From the NCBI GenBank assembly GCA_017545485.1, contig JAFWMY010000002.1, positions 7,688 to 71,687 on the forward strand: a DNA stretch of 64,000 nt. The letters are read 5' to 3'. Shown here one piece after another: positions 26,557 through 36,400 of this stretch. Every line of letters begins with the position of its first letter. Positions within the stretch are counted from its first letter, which is position 1. The position numbers and the translations under genes were made by a program. The DNA is from Candidatus Saccharimonadota bacterium. GTDB lineage: Bacteria; Patescibacteriota; Saccharimonadia; Saccharimonadales; Saccharimonadaceae. Under the pieces are notes generated by a model. That model was given only the letters and a program-made list of their open reading frames with translations, had not been told where the DNA came from and ran no database searches.

Positions 26557-26878
26557 ATTGACCTCCTAGAAATTCTTCTTTATAGCTTTGCATCGCACTA
26601 GCAACAGTACGCTGAATATTGATGCCGGCGTCCTGGAAAAACTTTTCATAAACCTCGGGAGTGCCATCATCTTGGTCAAGCAGTACGTTAAGTTTTTTTA
26701 ATTGGCTGTCGTTAAGCGAGCCAAAAACTGCCTGAGTGATTTTGTCATCTAATCGTTTGATATTGTTTTCGCGAAGAGTGTTGAGCTCCTCGGGGGTTTG
26801 TGCTGGCACGGGCTTTGCCTTCATGAGACTGTCAACAAAACCGCCAAGAGTCTCATAATCTAGAAGATAGTTATCCAT
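26549..26878 (-). CDS. hypothetical protein
   Basis: 109 aa, ATG start, first gene of an apparent three-gene minus-strand unit. Confidence 0.5.
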   Translation of the reverse strand: MDNYLLDYETLGGFVDSLMKAKPVPAQTPEELNTLRENNIKRLDDKITQAVFGSLNDSQLKKLNVLLDQDDGTPEVYEKFFQDAGINIQRTVASAMQSYKEEFLGGQYA

Positions 26879-26970
26879 AGAAACCTTTTGTTAAATAATA
26901 TTGACCTTTCTGGTTTTAGTTTAACATAAGCGATTTTTTTGGTCAACTTTTGGATTATGGATTTTATGAC

Positions 26971-26999
26971 AAAAAACCGAACGTAGTGTTCGGTTTTTT
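26971..26999. terminator. bidirectional rho-independent terminator
   Basis: aaaaaaCCGAAC gtagt GTTCGGtttttt (stems 26977-26982 / 26988-26993). Confidence 0.75.
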
Positions 27000-27114
27000 G
27001 CGTAATTTATGTCTCGTCTATCTTATTATAGACATATTGTTTTAATTATTTTCGTCTTACATTGGTCTCCTTTCTTTTTTTGTTTTTGTTAAATACTTGG
27101 TAAGCGGATAAATA

Positions 27115-27315
27115 TTAGCTATTCACTAACGCTTTCCAGTCCACCATGTTCCTAATTGCGAGTTTAACTGGGGATTTTTTGATTTTAGCGATGGTTTCCT
27201 TTTTGATGCTGTTTGGCGAAATGTAAGTTCCCTCTTCTTCGTAGGGCTCGTAGTCAATATCGTCTTTCCAGTCTGAATCAACTACTTTAGTTGGTATTGT
27301 GAGTGTTTGTGTCAT
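27115..27315 (-). CDS. hypothetical small acidic protein
   Basis: 66 aa with an AAGGA SD about 10 nt upstream of the ATG. Followed by the terminator at 26971-26999. Confidence 0.4.
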   Translation of the reverse strand: MTQTLTIPTKVVDSDWKDDIDYEPYEEEGTYISPNSIKKETIAKIKKSPVKLAIRNMVDWKALVNS

Positions 27316-27500
27316 TGTTTGTTTTCCTTTTTATTATTTGTTTGTTAGAATTTTTGTTTTGTGTTCTAACTTGTTTTCATTGTAGCACAGATTGCTAAAT
27401 TTGTCAATAGTACTTATGCTAAAAAATGTTGGTTTTGTCAAATTAACAGAGACAAAAAATCCAAAAATAATGCTGTAAAAATGTCTTGGTTTAAATATTT

Positions 27501-30443
27501 TTATGCTTTTTCTAATGAAATGGTGACGTTTTCGCCATTTAACTTGGCGGTTTCGTCGTGAGAATAGTTTTCACCCTTAGTAAGGCTAATAGCATTAACT
27601 TCTGCTTTAATAAGGTCTTCGTAGCCTTCTGGGAGGCTGCAGCTGACTGAGAGCTTAATTTGGTCGTCTTGGCGAAGATTGGCGTGTTTACGGGCTGATT
27701 GGACGGCACGAATGAGTTCGCGGGCTTCTCCTTCCCTTTTTAGTTCTGGAGTCAAGGTCTTATCTAGTTTAAACTCTTTACCGTTAATTACTTCTTTAAC
27801 ATTTACTTCGTCGGCAATGATTTGCTCATAAAAACTGTCTAGTTTATCCCCGTCATAAGAGAGTTTGGAGAGTGGCTGGCGAATCTTAATCTGGTCCTCA
27901 GTGTCAGATTTCTGCATACGAAGGGCAAGAGCGTCGGTGATGATTTGGCGAGTACGCGACATTTGTTCTAGAACGTCGGTATCTATAACGCCTGGTTCTG
28001 GCCAGTCTTTGAGATGGATAGAGTCAGCGTTACCGGTCATCTTCTGATAAAGTTCTTCGGCTAGAAATGGGACAAATGGGGCGAGCAAATGAGCAAGATA
28101 TACTAATACAAAATACAATGTAGAGAAAGCTTGTTTCTTATCGTTTTCATCGTCGTTTTTACTAAAGCGACGGCGAGAACGGCGAACAAACCAGTTGCTC
28201 ATGTCATCGATAAATGGTAAAACCCCTTCTAAGGCCTTAGGGATGTTGTATTCTCCCATACCTTCAGTGATTTCATCTCTTAGCTGATAGATGCGGGAGA
28301 TAATCCAGATATCTAATGGATTTGTTGAAGACATGTTATTTTCTGCTAAATCATTACTATCTATTTTCTCTAATTCCGCATAAGTGATGAAGAAATCATA
28401 AACATTCCAAATCATGGCAAGTTTACGATTAACGTCAGAGACATCCTTATCAAGAAGAGCGAAGTCTTCACCAGAGAGGACGGGGCTGGAGAGCAAGAGA
28501 AAGCGTAAAGCATCGGCTGAATATTGGTCCATGAGTTCATTGGGGTCGGTGAAGTTACCGAGAGATTTACTCATCTTGCGACCATCATTTCCTGCAAGAG
28601 TGCCAGTAGTAATGACATTTTTATAGGCGTTTTTAGGGCCATTTTTAGCTTTTTCACCGAAGGCGCCAATTGATGCTAAAGCAGTATTAACAGTATGCAC
28701 ATAATAAAACCAGGCACGAACTTGACCGACATATTCTACGATGAAATCGGCGGGATAGTTAGCTTCAAACTTTTCTTTGTTCTCAAATGGGTAGTGAAGT
28801 TGAGCGAAAGGCATGGAACCAGATTCAAACCAACAATCTAGGACCTTTTCAATACGGGTAAAGTGCTCGCCATTGATATCAAATTCTATTTTATCTACCC
28901 AAGGACGATGATAATCATCTAGGCGCTGGCCGGAGAGAGCGTAGAGCTCGTCGTAGCTACCGACCACTTTAACAGTACCATTATCGCCTTTCCAGACGGG
29001 CATAGCGGTGGCCCAGAACCGATCACGAGATAAATTCCAATCAGGAGCCTGTTCAATGTTTTTGGCAAAGCGTCCATGTTTTAGATAGGCTGGGAACCAA
29101 TTGATATTTTCATTTTCCTCAAGCATGAGAGGCTTTTGACCTTCGGTATCAAAGAACCAAGACGGAAAAGCACGATACATAATACGCTCTTTTGAACGAG
29201 GGTTAAAGGGATATTCGTGCTGGATATACTCTATTTTGTAAATAATACCCTTTTCTTCTAGACATTTGGCAATGAATTTGTTGCCAGCCCAAACCTGAAT
29301 GCCGTTTTCATCGGTATCGCGAACGCCGAGTGAGTGAAGCTGTTCCGCCATCTCTGGAAGGTAGTAGCCGTTTTCGTCAATACAGTCAGTAAAATCAACC
29401 TCATAATGCTGGCATAGCTCATAATCGTCCTCGCCATAGGCTGGAGCAATATGGACAACGCCGGTACCATCTTCAGCGGAAACAAAGTCACCTGGAAGAA
29501 CTGTATAGGTATCTTTACGGACAACTGTTCCCTTGTCACCACGAAGACCAAGATCATAGAGGCCATCGGCAACTTTTATAATTGGCTCGTAATGCCTGCC
29601 AACTAAGGCAGTGCCTTTAAAGACAGTCTCAGGTTTTTGGTCTTTGAACAAAACTTTGGCACGCTCTGTAGACAAAATGTATTTTTCATCATTTACATTA
29701 TATATACCGTAGTTTAGTTCTGGATTAACGGCGAGAGCCATGTTTCCTGGCAAGGTCCATGGCGTGGTGGTCCAAGCTAAGAGATATTCGTCGCCCGATT
29801 TGAACTTCACATATGCACTGGGGTCAGTGACGGTCTGATATGCGTCATTATCCATAGTGACTTCAGCCTTAGAAACAGGTGTAGCAAACTTGGTATCGTA
29901 CATGAGAACCTTGCGGCCTTCATAAATTTTGCCTGCATCATAAAGCTGTTTAAAGGCCCACCAGACGGATTCCATAAAATCTTTGTTCATGGTGCGGTAA
30001 GCATTATCAAAATCTACCCAACGACCAATACGATCAATAGTAGCACGCCAAGTCTCAGAGTTTGCGACCATGGATTCACGAGCTTTGATAATATAATCTT
30101 CTAGACTCCATTTGGTGCCGATATCGCGTCGGTCAGTAATGCCAAGCTGCTTTTCAACGAAATTCTCGGCAGGAAGGCCATGACAGTCCCAGCCCCAACG
30201 GCGCTCGCATCTGTAACCGTTCATAGTCCAATAACGCGGAACCGCATCTTTAACAATGCTTGAAAGGAGTGTGCCGTGATGAGGGTTACCAGTGATAAAC
30301 GGTGGGCCATCATAAAAAACGTAAGATTTATCAGCAGGTCTGTCTTCTACTGATTGTTCAAAAGTTTTATTTTGTTTCCACCAGTCAGCGATGGCTTTTT
30401 CATAAACAATAGCCTTGCGGCGTTCTCCAGCTCTATATTTCAT
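27501..30443 (-). CDS. ileS: isoleucine--tRNA ligase, type 2 (eukaryote-like)
   Basis: PPFITGNPHHGTLL (HIGH), RRWGWDCHGLPAE and KMSKSLGN. 980 aa. Confidence 0.9.
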   Translation of the reverse strand: MKYRAGERRKAIVYEKAIADWWKQNKTFEQSVEDRPADKSYVFYDGPPFITGNPHHGTLLSSIVKDAVPRYWTMNGYRCERRWGWDCHGLPAENFVEKQLGITDRRDIGTKWSLEDYIIKARESMVANSETWRATIDRIGRWVDFDNAYRTMNKDFMESVWWAFKQLYDAGKIYEGRKVLMYDTKFATPVSKAEVTMDNDAYQTVTDPSAYVKFKSGDEYLLAWTTTPWTLPGNMALAVNPELNYGIYNVNDEKYILSTERAKVLFKDQKPETVFKGTALVGRHYEPIIKVADGLYDLGLRGDKGTVVRKDTYTVLPGDFVSAEDGTGVVHIAPAYGEDDYELCQHYEVDFTDCIDENGYYLPEMAEQLHSLGVRDTDENGIQVWAGNKFIAKCLEEKGIIYKIEYIQHEYPFNPRSKERIMYRAFPSWFFDTEGQKPLMLEENENINWFPAYLKHGRFAKNIEQAPDWNLSRDRFWATAMPVWKGDNGTVKVVGSYDELYALSGQRLDDYHRPWVDKIEFDINGEHFTRIEKVLDCWFESGSMPFAQLHYPFENKEKFEANYPADFIVEYVGQVRAWFYYVHTVNTALASIGAFGEKAKNGPKNAYKNVITTGTLAGNDGRKMSKSLGNFTDPNELMDQYSADALRFLLLSSPVLSGEDFALLDKDVSDVNRKLAMIWNVYDFFITYAELEKIDSNDLAENNMSSTNPLDIWIISRIYQLRDEITEGMGEYNIPKALEGVLPFIDDMSNWFVRRSRRRFSKNDDENDKKQAFSTLYFVLVYLAHLLAPFVPFLAEELYQKMTGNADSIHLKDWPEPGVIDTDVLEQMSRTRQIITDALALRMQKSDTEDQIKIRQPLSKLSYDGDKLDSFYEQIIADEVNVKEVINGKEFKLDKTLTPELKREGEARELIRAVQSARKHANLRQDDQIKLSVSCSLPEGYEDLIKAEVNAISLTKGENYSHDETAKLNGENVTISLEKA

Positions 30444-30459
30444 ATGGTATATTATATCA

Positions 30460-31257
30460 CTATTTAGTATGGACGTCTAACTGCGAATAAGGGATGTGAA
30501 TTTTGTGTGATTCTAGAGTGGTAACGATAGTGCGAAGACAGTCCCTGCGAATTTGGAGTTTATTTATAGGATCACAGGTGACGACAATTTGATAATCAAT
30601 GGAGGAATCAGCTAGTGTGGTAATTCCCTGATATTTGATGTCTGTGATGCCGTCATGTTTGGCGAGTAGCTTAACAATCTCATGGACAATGGATTCGGCT
30701 TTTTCTACTTTTAATTCGTGGGGGAGAGGGATTGGAATGTAAATACAGCCTGAAACAACCTCAACCTGATTAATATTACGGTTTGCGATAGAAACAATAT
30801 TCATAGTATTAATATCTTGGATTTTAGTGGTGCGAAGACTGATTGATTGAACTTGACCAGTATTTTCGCCAAATTTAATTACATCGCCAATCTCGTAATA
30901 ACCATCTGAAATGATGTCAAAACCACGAAAAATATCTTTCATGGCATCTTGAAGAGCAAAACCGATTACAATGGAAGCAATGCCAACACCCGCTAGCATA
31001 GAGGTAACATTAATACCAAAAATCTGCAAAATCACTAAAAAGGTAAAAATACCAAGCCCATAACCAATAATGCTTTTTAACATGCGAATAAAGGTTTTGT
31101 TCTTTTTGCTAGAGAGAATTTTAGAGTTCTTTTTTTCTTTGTTATTAAGAAATCTGGCAACAATATGATAAACGAGAAAACTGAACAGTATTAAAATGAG
31201 AGACCAAAAACAGCGTTGAACCCAAATATTACCAAATATGGCTTCTAAAAACTTCAT
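30460..31257 (-). CDS. MscS-family mechanosensitive channel
   Basis: TM3 and beta domain: GVGIASIVIGFALQD, GDVIKFGENTGQVQSISLRTTKIQD. I place the start at the ATG at 31257 (MKFLEAIF); the longer track ORF overlaps the upstream gene. Confidence 0.8.
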   Translation of the reverse strand: MKFLEAIFGNIWVQRCFWSLILILFSFLVYHIVARFLNNKEKKNSKILSSKKNKTFIRMLKSIIGYGLGIFTFLVILQIFGINVTSMLAGVGIASIVIGFALQDAMKDIFRGFDIISDGYYEIGDVIKFGENTGQVQSISLRTTKIQDINTMNIVSIANRNINQVEVVSGCIYIPIPLPHELKVEKAESIVHEIVKLLAKHDGITDIKYQGITTLADSSIDYQIVVTCDPINKLQIRRDCLRTIVTTLESHKIHIPYSQLDVHTK

Positions 31258-31264
31258 ATGCTTA

Positions 31265-31519
31265 TTATACCATATAGTATAGAACCTCGTTGATGAGGGG
31301 GAGAGTTTTACCACGCCATGAAGCACGAACTTCGCCATTTGTGCCGAGAGCCATAATAGTGGGGTACTCAACTACATCATAGGCTTCACAAAAGCCTGGG
31401 TCTTGGTCGGGGTCTATGGTTTCTATTTCCCTACCGGTTTGACGACGAAGATTTTCAAGCCATTCATTAACAGACCTTGAGTAATCTTGATTATCTCGGT
31501 AAATACACACTACACGCAT
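31265..31519 (-). CDS. hypothetical small protein, possibly thioredoxin-like fold without CxxC
   Basis: MRVVCIYRDNQDYSRSVNEWL...VVEYPTIMALG. ATG at 31519 with an AGAGGAA SD; the track's 20-aa extension runs into repeat element A. Confidence 0.4.
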   Translation of the reverse strand: MRVVCIYRDNQDYSRSVNEWLENLRRQTGREIETIDPDQDPGFCEAYDVVEYPTIMALGTNGEVRASWRGKTLPLINEVLYYMV

Positions 31520-31531
31520 AAAATTCCTCTC

Positions 31532-31616
31532 TGACGGGTCCTGCCGAACCTTATCCCTCCCCAAAGTTTTGCTTCGCAAACATTTTGGGGCCCCCTTCTA
31601 GGTCCGTCACCCGTCA
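31532..31616. repeat. GC-rich nested-hairpin intergenic element, copy A
   Basis: TGACGGGT...ACCCGTCA outer helix and CCCCAAAGTTTTGC-ttc-GCAAACATTTTGGGG inner helix. About 80% identical to 40814-40900. Overlaps the last 10 nt of nrdR. Confidence 0.7.
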
Positions 31617-32068
31617 TGTTTCTTTTTTCTCTTCTGTTCTTTAAGGATGTTTTCAAAATCCTCCAAGGTCTTAAATTCGCGGAAAACGGAGGCAAAACGG
31701 ACATAGGCCACTTCGTTTACTTCGGCGAGAACGTCTAAGACGGCTTCACCGATTTGTTTACTAGTGATTTCGTCGGTATTATAGGAATAAAGTATTTCTG
31801 ACGCGCGATTAACAACGTCTTCTACTTCTAATTCGGAATTGAAAAATTTACCGACGCTACGACGGACAGCTAAGAGTAATTTGTCACGATCATATATTTC
31901 CTTGTTGCCACTGCGTTTAATAACGGTGAGTGGTGGCATTTCTACACGTTCATAAGTGGTAAAGCGATGACCATCGCTTGACTCACGACGACGACGAATC
32001 ATGGTGCCGTCTACGGTTTCGCGGCTTTCTAGAACTTTACTGTCCCCTATTCTAAATGGTCGTTCCAT
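31607..32068 (-). CDS. nrdR: NrdR-family transcriptional repressor homologue lacking the four zinc-ribbon cysteines
   Basis: KVLESRETVDGTMIRRRRESSDGHRFTTYE plus an intact ATP-cone (VIKRSGNKEIYDRDKLL...VAYVRFASVFREF). Confidence 0.8.
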   Translation of the reverse strand: MERPFRIGDSKVLESRETVDGTMIRRRRESSDGHRFTTYERVEMPPLTVIKRSGNKEIYDRDKLLLAVRRSVGKFFNSELEVEDVVNRASEILYSYNTDEITSKQIGEAVLDVLAEVNEVAYVRFASVFREFKTLEDFENILKEQKRKKKHDG

Positions 32069-32086
32069 TCCGCTGATGCCCTTCTT

Positions 32087-33250
32087 TTATTTCTTTTTGC
32101 GGTTTTTAAAACGCTCTCTCAAGGATGGTGGTACATCCATATCATCATCATGCTCTGGAGTAGGTTCTTCAGGTTCTGGTTCGTTCTTAATGGAATCCCA
32201 CATGTTGGATTTGTTTTCGCTGGCAAAATCTTTGGCTTCAGTGGAAGGCTTTTCGTCTTTGAAATTGGTTTCTTCAGGTTTTTCTGGCTCTGGTTCGGTA
32301 TAATAATCTGAGTCAAAACCTGTAGCGACTACAGTAACTACAATCTCGTCTTCTAGCTCTGGGCGAATGGAGGCACCAAAGATAATATTGGCGTCAGGAG
32401 AAACAGCACCGGTAATAACCTCAGCGGCTTCTTGAATCTCGCTCATAGACATGTCATAACCACCGGCTACACTAAAGAGCACGCCACGTGCGCCTTCAAT
32501 CTTAACTTCAATCAGTGGCGATTCTACGGCTTGTTGGGCAGCAATCACAGCGCGGTTTTCGCCAGAAGCACGACCAATACCCATGAGGGCAGAGCCGGCG
32601 TTCTTCATGATAGCTTTGACATCGGCGAAGTCTAGGTTAATTAATGAATGCTCGGTAATGAGCTCAGAAATGCCCTGCACGCCCTGACGAAGAACGTCAT
32701 CGGCGATTTTAAAGGTTTCAAGGAGTGGAGTACGAGGGTCAATTGTCTGTAAGAGACGATCATTAGGGATAGTGATAAGCGCATCTACTTGACGAGCCAA
32801 TTTATCAATAGCAACATCGGCATTAGCACGACGACGAGCGCCTTCAAAAGTAAACGGCTTAGTTGCAACACCTACTGTAAGAATATCCTTCTTGCGAGCT
32901 TCTTCAGCGACAATTGGGCCAGCACCAGAACCAGTACCGCCACCGGCTCCTAGAGTGATAAATACCATATCTGCACCATCTAGGGCCTTATCAATGGCTT
33001 CCCTGCCTTCTTCGGCAGCTTCACGACCTTTTTCTGGATCGCCACCGGCGCCTAAGCCTTTTCCGATATGGACTTTGACATCAGCCGGAGAATGATGAAG
33101 AGCCTGTGCATCAGTGTTAATGGCGACGAATTCAACGCCAGTGAGACCCACTTCTTTCATGCGCTCTACTGCAGAACCGCCGGCACCACCTACACCTACA
33201 ACTTTAATACTTGCTTTACTTTCCACCTCTGTTGGTTTAACTTCTGGCAT
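32087..33250 (-). CDS. ftsZ: cell division GTPase FtsZ
   Basis: GVGGAGGSAVERM, GGGTGSGAGPIVAE and an acidic C-terminal linker. Confidence 0.95.
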   Translation of the reverse strand: MPEVKPTEVESKASIKVVGVGGAGGSAVERMKEVGLTGVEFVAINTDAQALHHSPADVKVHIGKGLGAGGDPEKGREAAEEGREAIDKALDGADMVFITLGAGGGTGSGAGPIVAEEARKKDILTVGVATKPFTFEGARRRANADVAIDKLARQVDALITIPNDRLLQTIDPRTPLLETFKIADDVLRQGVQGISELITEHSLINLDFADVKAIMKNAGSALMGIGRASGENRAVIAAQQAVESPLIEVKIEGARGVLFSVAGGYDMSMSEIQEAAEVITGAVSPDANIIFGASIRPELEDEIVVTVVATGFDSDYYTEPEPEKPEETNFKDEKPSTEAKDFASENKSNMWDSIKNEPEPEEPTPEHDDDMDVPPSLRERFKNRKKK

Positions 33251-33439
33251 AATTTACCTCGTTTTAATTTAATAATAGTATACACCTAATGAGAGGTTTT
33301 ATCAAGGGTAAAATTTGATGGTTTGGTTGAATAATTTTTTTATTTTGTTGGGTTGCTGGGTTTGTATTCTTTTTGTGTGATTTTAGCTTGGGGGCTAATG
33401 ATGTGATATAGGTTTTTGCAAGATTAATACGGAGTTTTG

Positions 33440-36400
33440 TTAATTTGCGAGAGTGAAGGATTTGCCTGATGGTGGAGTAGCAGTGACCGAAGTAGTGCTA
33501 CCATAAAGATTTGAAGTAGTATTGCTAATCGGGCCTGTTGCTGTACCGTTATTGGTTTTTGGAATAGTAATGGACCAGGTGGTGGCGTTGTAACCAGCGT
33601 AGAAAAGCATGTTAGACATATTCGTCACATTGGAAGTGTTCCAGGAAGAGAGATTTAAAGTAAAGGTAGTGGCATCGTAGCCAGCCATATAGAACATGCT
33701 AGACATATTTGTCACACTGGAAGTGTCCCAGGAAGAGAGGTCCAAAGTAAAGGTGGTGGCGCTGTAGCCGGCTTGGTTGAACATGTAAGACATATTTGTC
33801 ACACTGGGAGTGTTCCAGGAGGAGAGATTGCCTACGGACCAAGTGGTGGCGCTGTAGCCAGAAGAGGAAAACATACTAGCCATATTTGTTACACTAGAGG
33901 TGTCCCAGGAAGAGAGGTCCAAAATAAAGGTGGTGGCGCTGTAGCCGGCTTGGTTGAACATGCTGTTCATGTACTTCACGTTAGAAGTACTCCAAGAAGA
34001 AAGGTCGCCTACAGACCAGGTGGTGGCGCTGTAGCCGGCTTGGTAGAACATGTTAGACATATTTGTCACACTGGAAGTATTCCAGGAGGAGAGGTCGCCA
34101 ACGGACCAGGCAGTGGCGCTGTAGCCAGAAGAGGAAAACATACTAGCCATATTTGTTACACTAGAGGTGTCCCAGGAAGAAAGATCCAGGGTGAAAGAGG
34201 CTGCATTATGACCAGCACCGAAGAACATACTAGACATATTTGTCACACTGGAAGTATTCCAGGAGGAGAGGTCGCCTACAGACCAGGTGGTGGCACTGCG
34301 GCCAGAAGAGAAAAACATACTAGCCATATTTGTTACACTAGAGGTGTCCCAGGAAGAGAGGTCCAGAGTAAAGGTGGTGGCGCTATAGCCAGTATAATAG
34401 AACATCTGAGACATAGTTGTCACTTTAACAGTATTCCAGGTAGAAATAGTGGATAAGTCAGATAAGGCTCTCATTTCATAAAAGAAAGAACTAGAATTTT
34501 TATTCATAATAATATTTGTAGCTTCAGAATAATAGTAAATAGTAGTGTTAGTAGAATCATACCAAGCATAAATTGGATATGGCGAAGTACTGTCTGAGAT
34601 AGTATTTGCAGTAGCAGGAGTAAAGCCATTTGGTAATGTATTGGAGCGGACAAGAGCTGTGATGGTATTATCTTGGGTTGAATAAGAAGCTGAACTATTT
34701 CCAGCCAGTCGCTTGAGCTTTTGGTTTACAGTTGTGCCTTGATCAAGTAAGGCCCCTTCTACCCATATAGCATAAAGGGTAATAGTGTTGCCAGTAGTAG
34801 TGAGGTTAGTGACTTGCTGCCCGTCACCATAAAATGTACCAGTACCACTAGCGTTCGTATTCCAACCACGGAAAATAAAGCCAGAACGGGTAAACGTACT
34901 AGTTTTAATGGCGGTAGCTGCGTCTCTTGCTACGGTCTGGTTGGTCATAGTACCAGACCCACCATTAGCATTAAAGGCAATATAATAAACATCATCCCAA
35001 ATAGCATAAAGAGTAAGCGAATCATTATAAGCTACATTAGCTGGAGCAGTAAAGTTAGAGTTAGCAGCATAAGAAGTACCAGTACCATCAGCTTTAGTGT
35101 TCCAGTTTCTGAATTGTTTATTAGCTCCTGGTGCAGTAAAACCATTACTCTTTAATGTGATAGATTCTCCTGCAGCAACAGTTTGGCTAGCCGTAGTACC
35201 GCTCCCGCCATTAGCATTGTAATTAATTGTTAGGTTGTTTTTCCAAACAGCATATAAAGTCTTAGTTTCGCCATTATTACCAGGAAAATCATTTAAGACT
35301 GCATCGGCCGTAGTATAATCCGCAGTAGTGGCGGACTGGTTTTCACCCCACCCATAGAATGTGCGAAGTGAATCAATAACGGGTGTTTTATATTCACCAC
35401 TTACAATGGTGCGTGAGCAAACTTGAGCAGTAGAAGCATAGCTAGCAGGCGCAGTGCTATAATAGCCAACCACATTAGCATAGTATCCCCAATATTGTCC
35501 TGAACCATCTGAATAAAATGCGAAAGTAGCAGTATCACCTGGAATATCTAATTCTACTGTAGTAGTTGTGTTATTCCCTCCCATGTATGTAGCTAATTGC
35601 CCAGCAGACATGTTCCTGGTAACACTGCCAGTGTATTCTCCTTGGAAGACATATAGCATATCCCAGTTATTCTCTGTGCCGTAAGTAATAGTGGCATGTA
35701 GCGACTCAGCGCCTGGGATAGTAATAACGTCCTTAGTGGCTAAATTGTTGTCATACTTAGTAGTGCCAATTTGTGTGCCATCATTATTAATATTAGAAGT
35801 ATGTGAATAGCTAGGATATGATACGTATTTAGTAGCACATTCATTATAATAAGAAACAGTATTAACCGAAGCAGAGTTATCATAATTTAGGCCATTACCA
35901 TTGAAATTAACCGTCATTGGAGTAATCTGCTCCCATTGAGCATAAAGAGTAATAGTTTGGCCAACAGGAGCAAGATTAGTAACTGAAGCGCCATCTGCAT
36001 AGTCTGTTCCAGTACCATTTGCCCTGGTGTTCCACTTAACAAAACGATAAGCTGTGCTAGAAGTAGCAGAACGTTGAAAAGCGTTCGCTTTTAGAGCAGT
36101 AGCCTCACCAATAGTAATACTTTGATCAGGCATAGTCCCAGTAACTATATCTGTAGTATTAGCGTCAAAATGGATGGCATAGAGATTGCTTGGGACCATA
36201 CACCTAATACTTCGGCCGTAGTACTTACTGTCGTAATTCGTACCTGGGTAAACGTAGGGACTATCCAGGTACAGGAAGTAGCTACCGATGTTACTGTTCG
36301 CAGTAGACGACCAATAGTAACCGCTGCTACCCCTACCGCCCGCGGACGACGTACCGAAGATGCCGGAGTAGAGGAAGTTGTTAGGAAAACTTCTAAGTTT

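Noticed and set aside
31510-31704. 64-aa minus-strand ORF, and the 20-aa N-terminal extension of the 31265 ORF
   Set aside because: Both run through repeat element A and the nrdR 3' end. The internal ATG at 31519, which has an SD, explains the downstream gene.
33773-34456. 227-aa plus-strand ORF rich in G/R/H/V
   Set aside because: It is antisense to the BspA-like tandem repeats of the giant surface protein. The periodic repeat keeps the antisense frame open artificially.
33575-34460. Regularly spaced DNA repeats that might suggest a CRISPR array
   Set aside because: The repeats are in-frame coding units (27-32 codons) of a continuous 1530-aa ORF, with similar rather than unique spacers. 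No cas genes are present.
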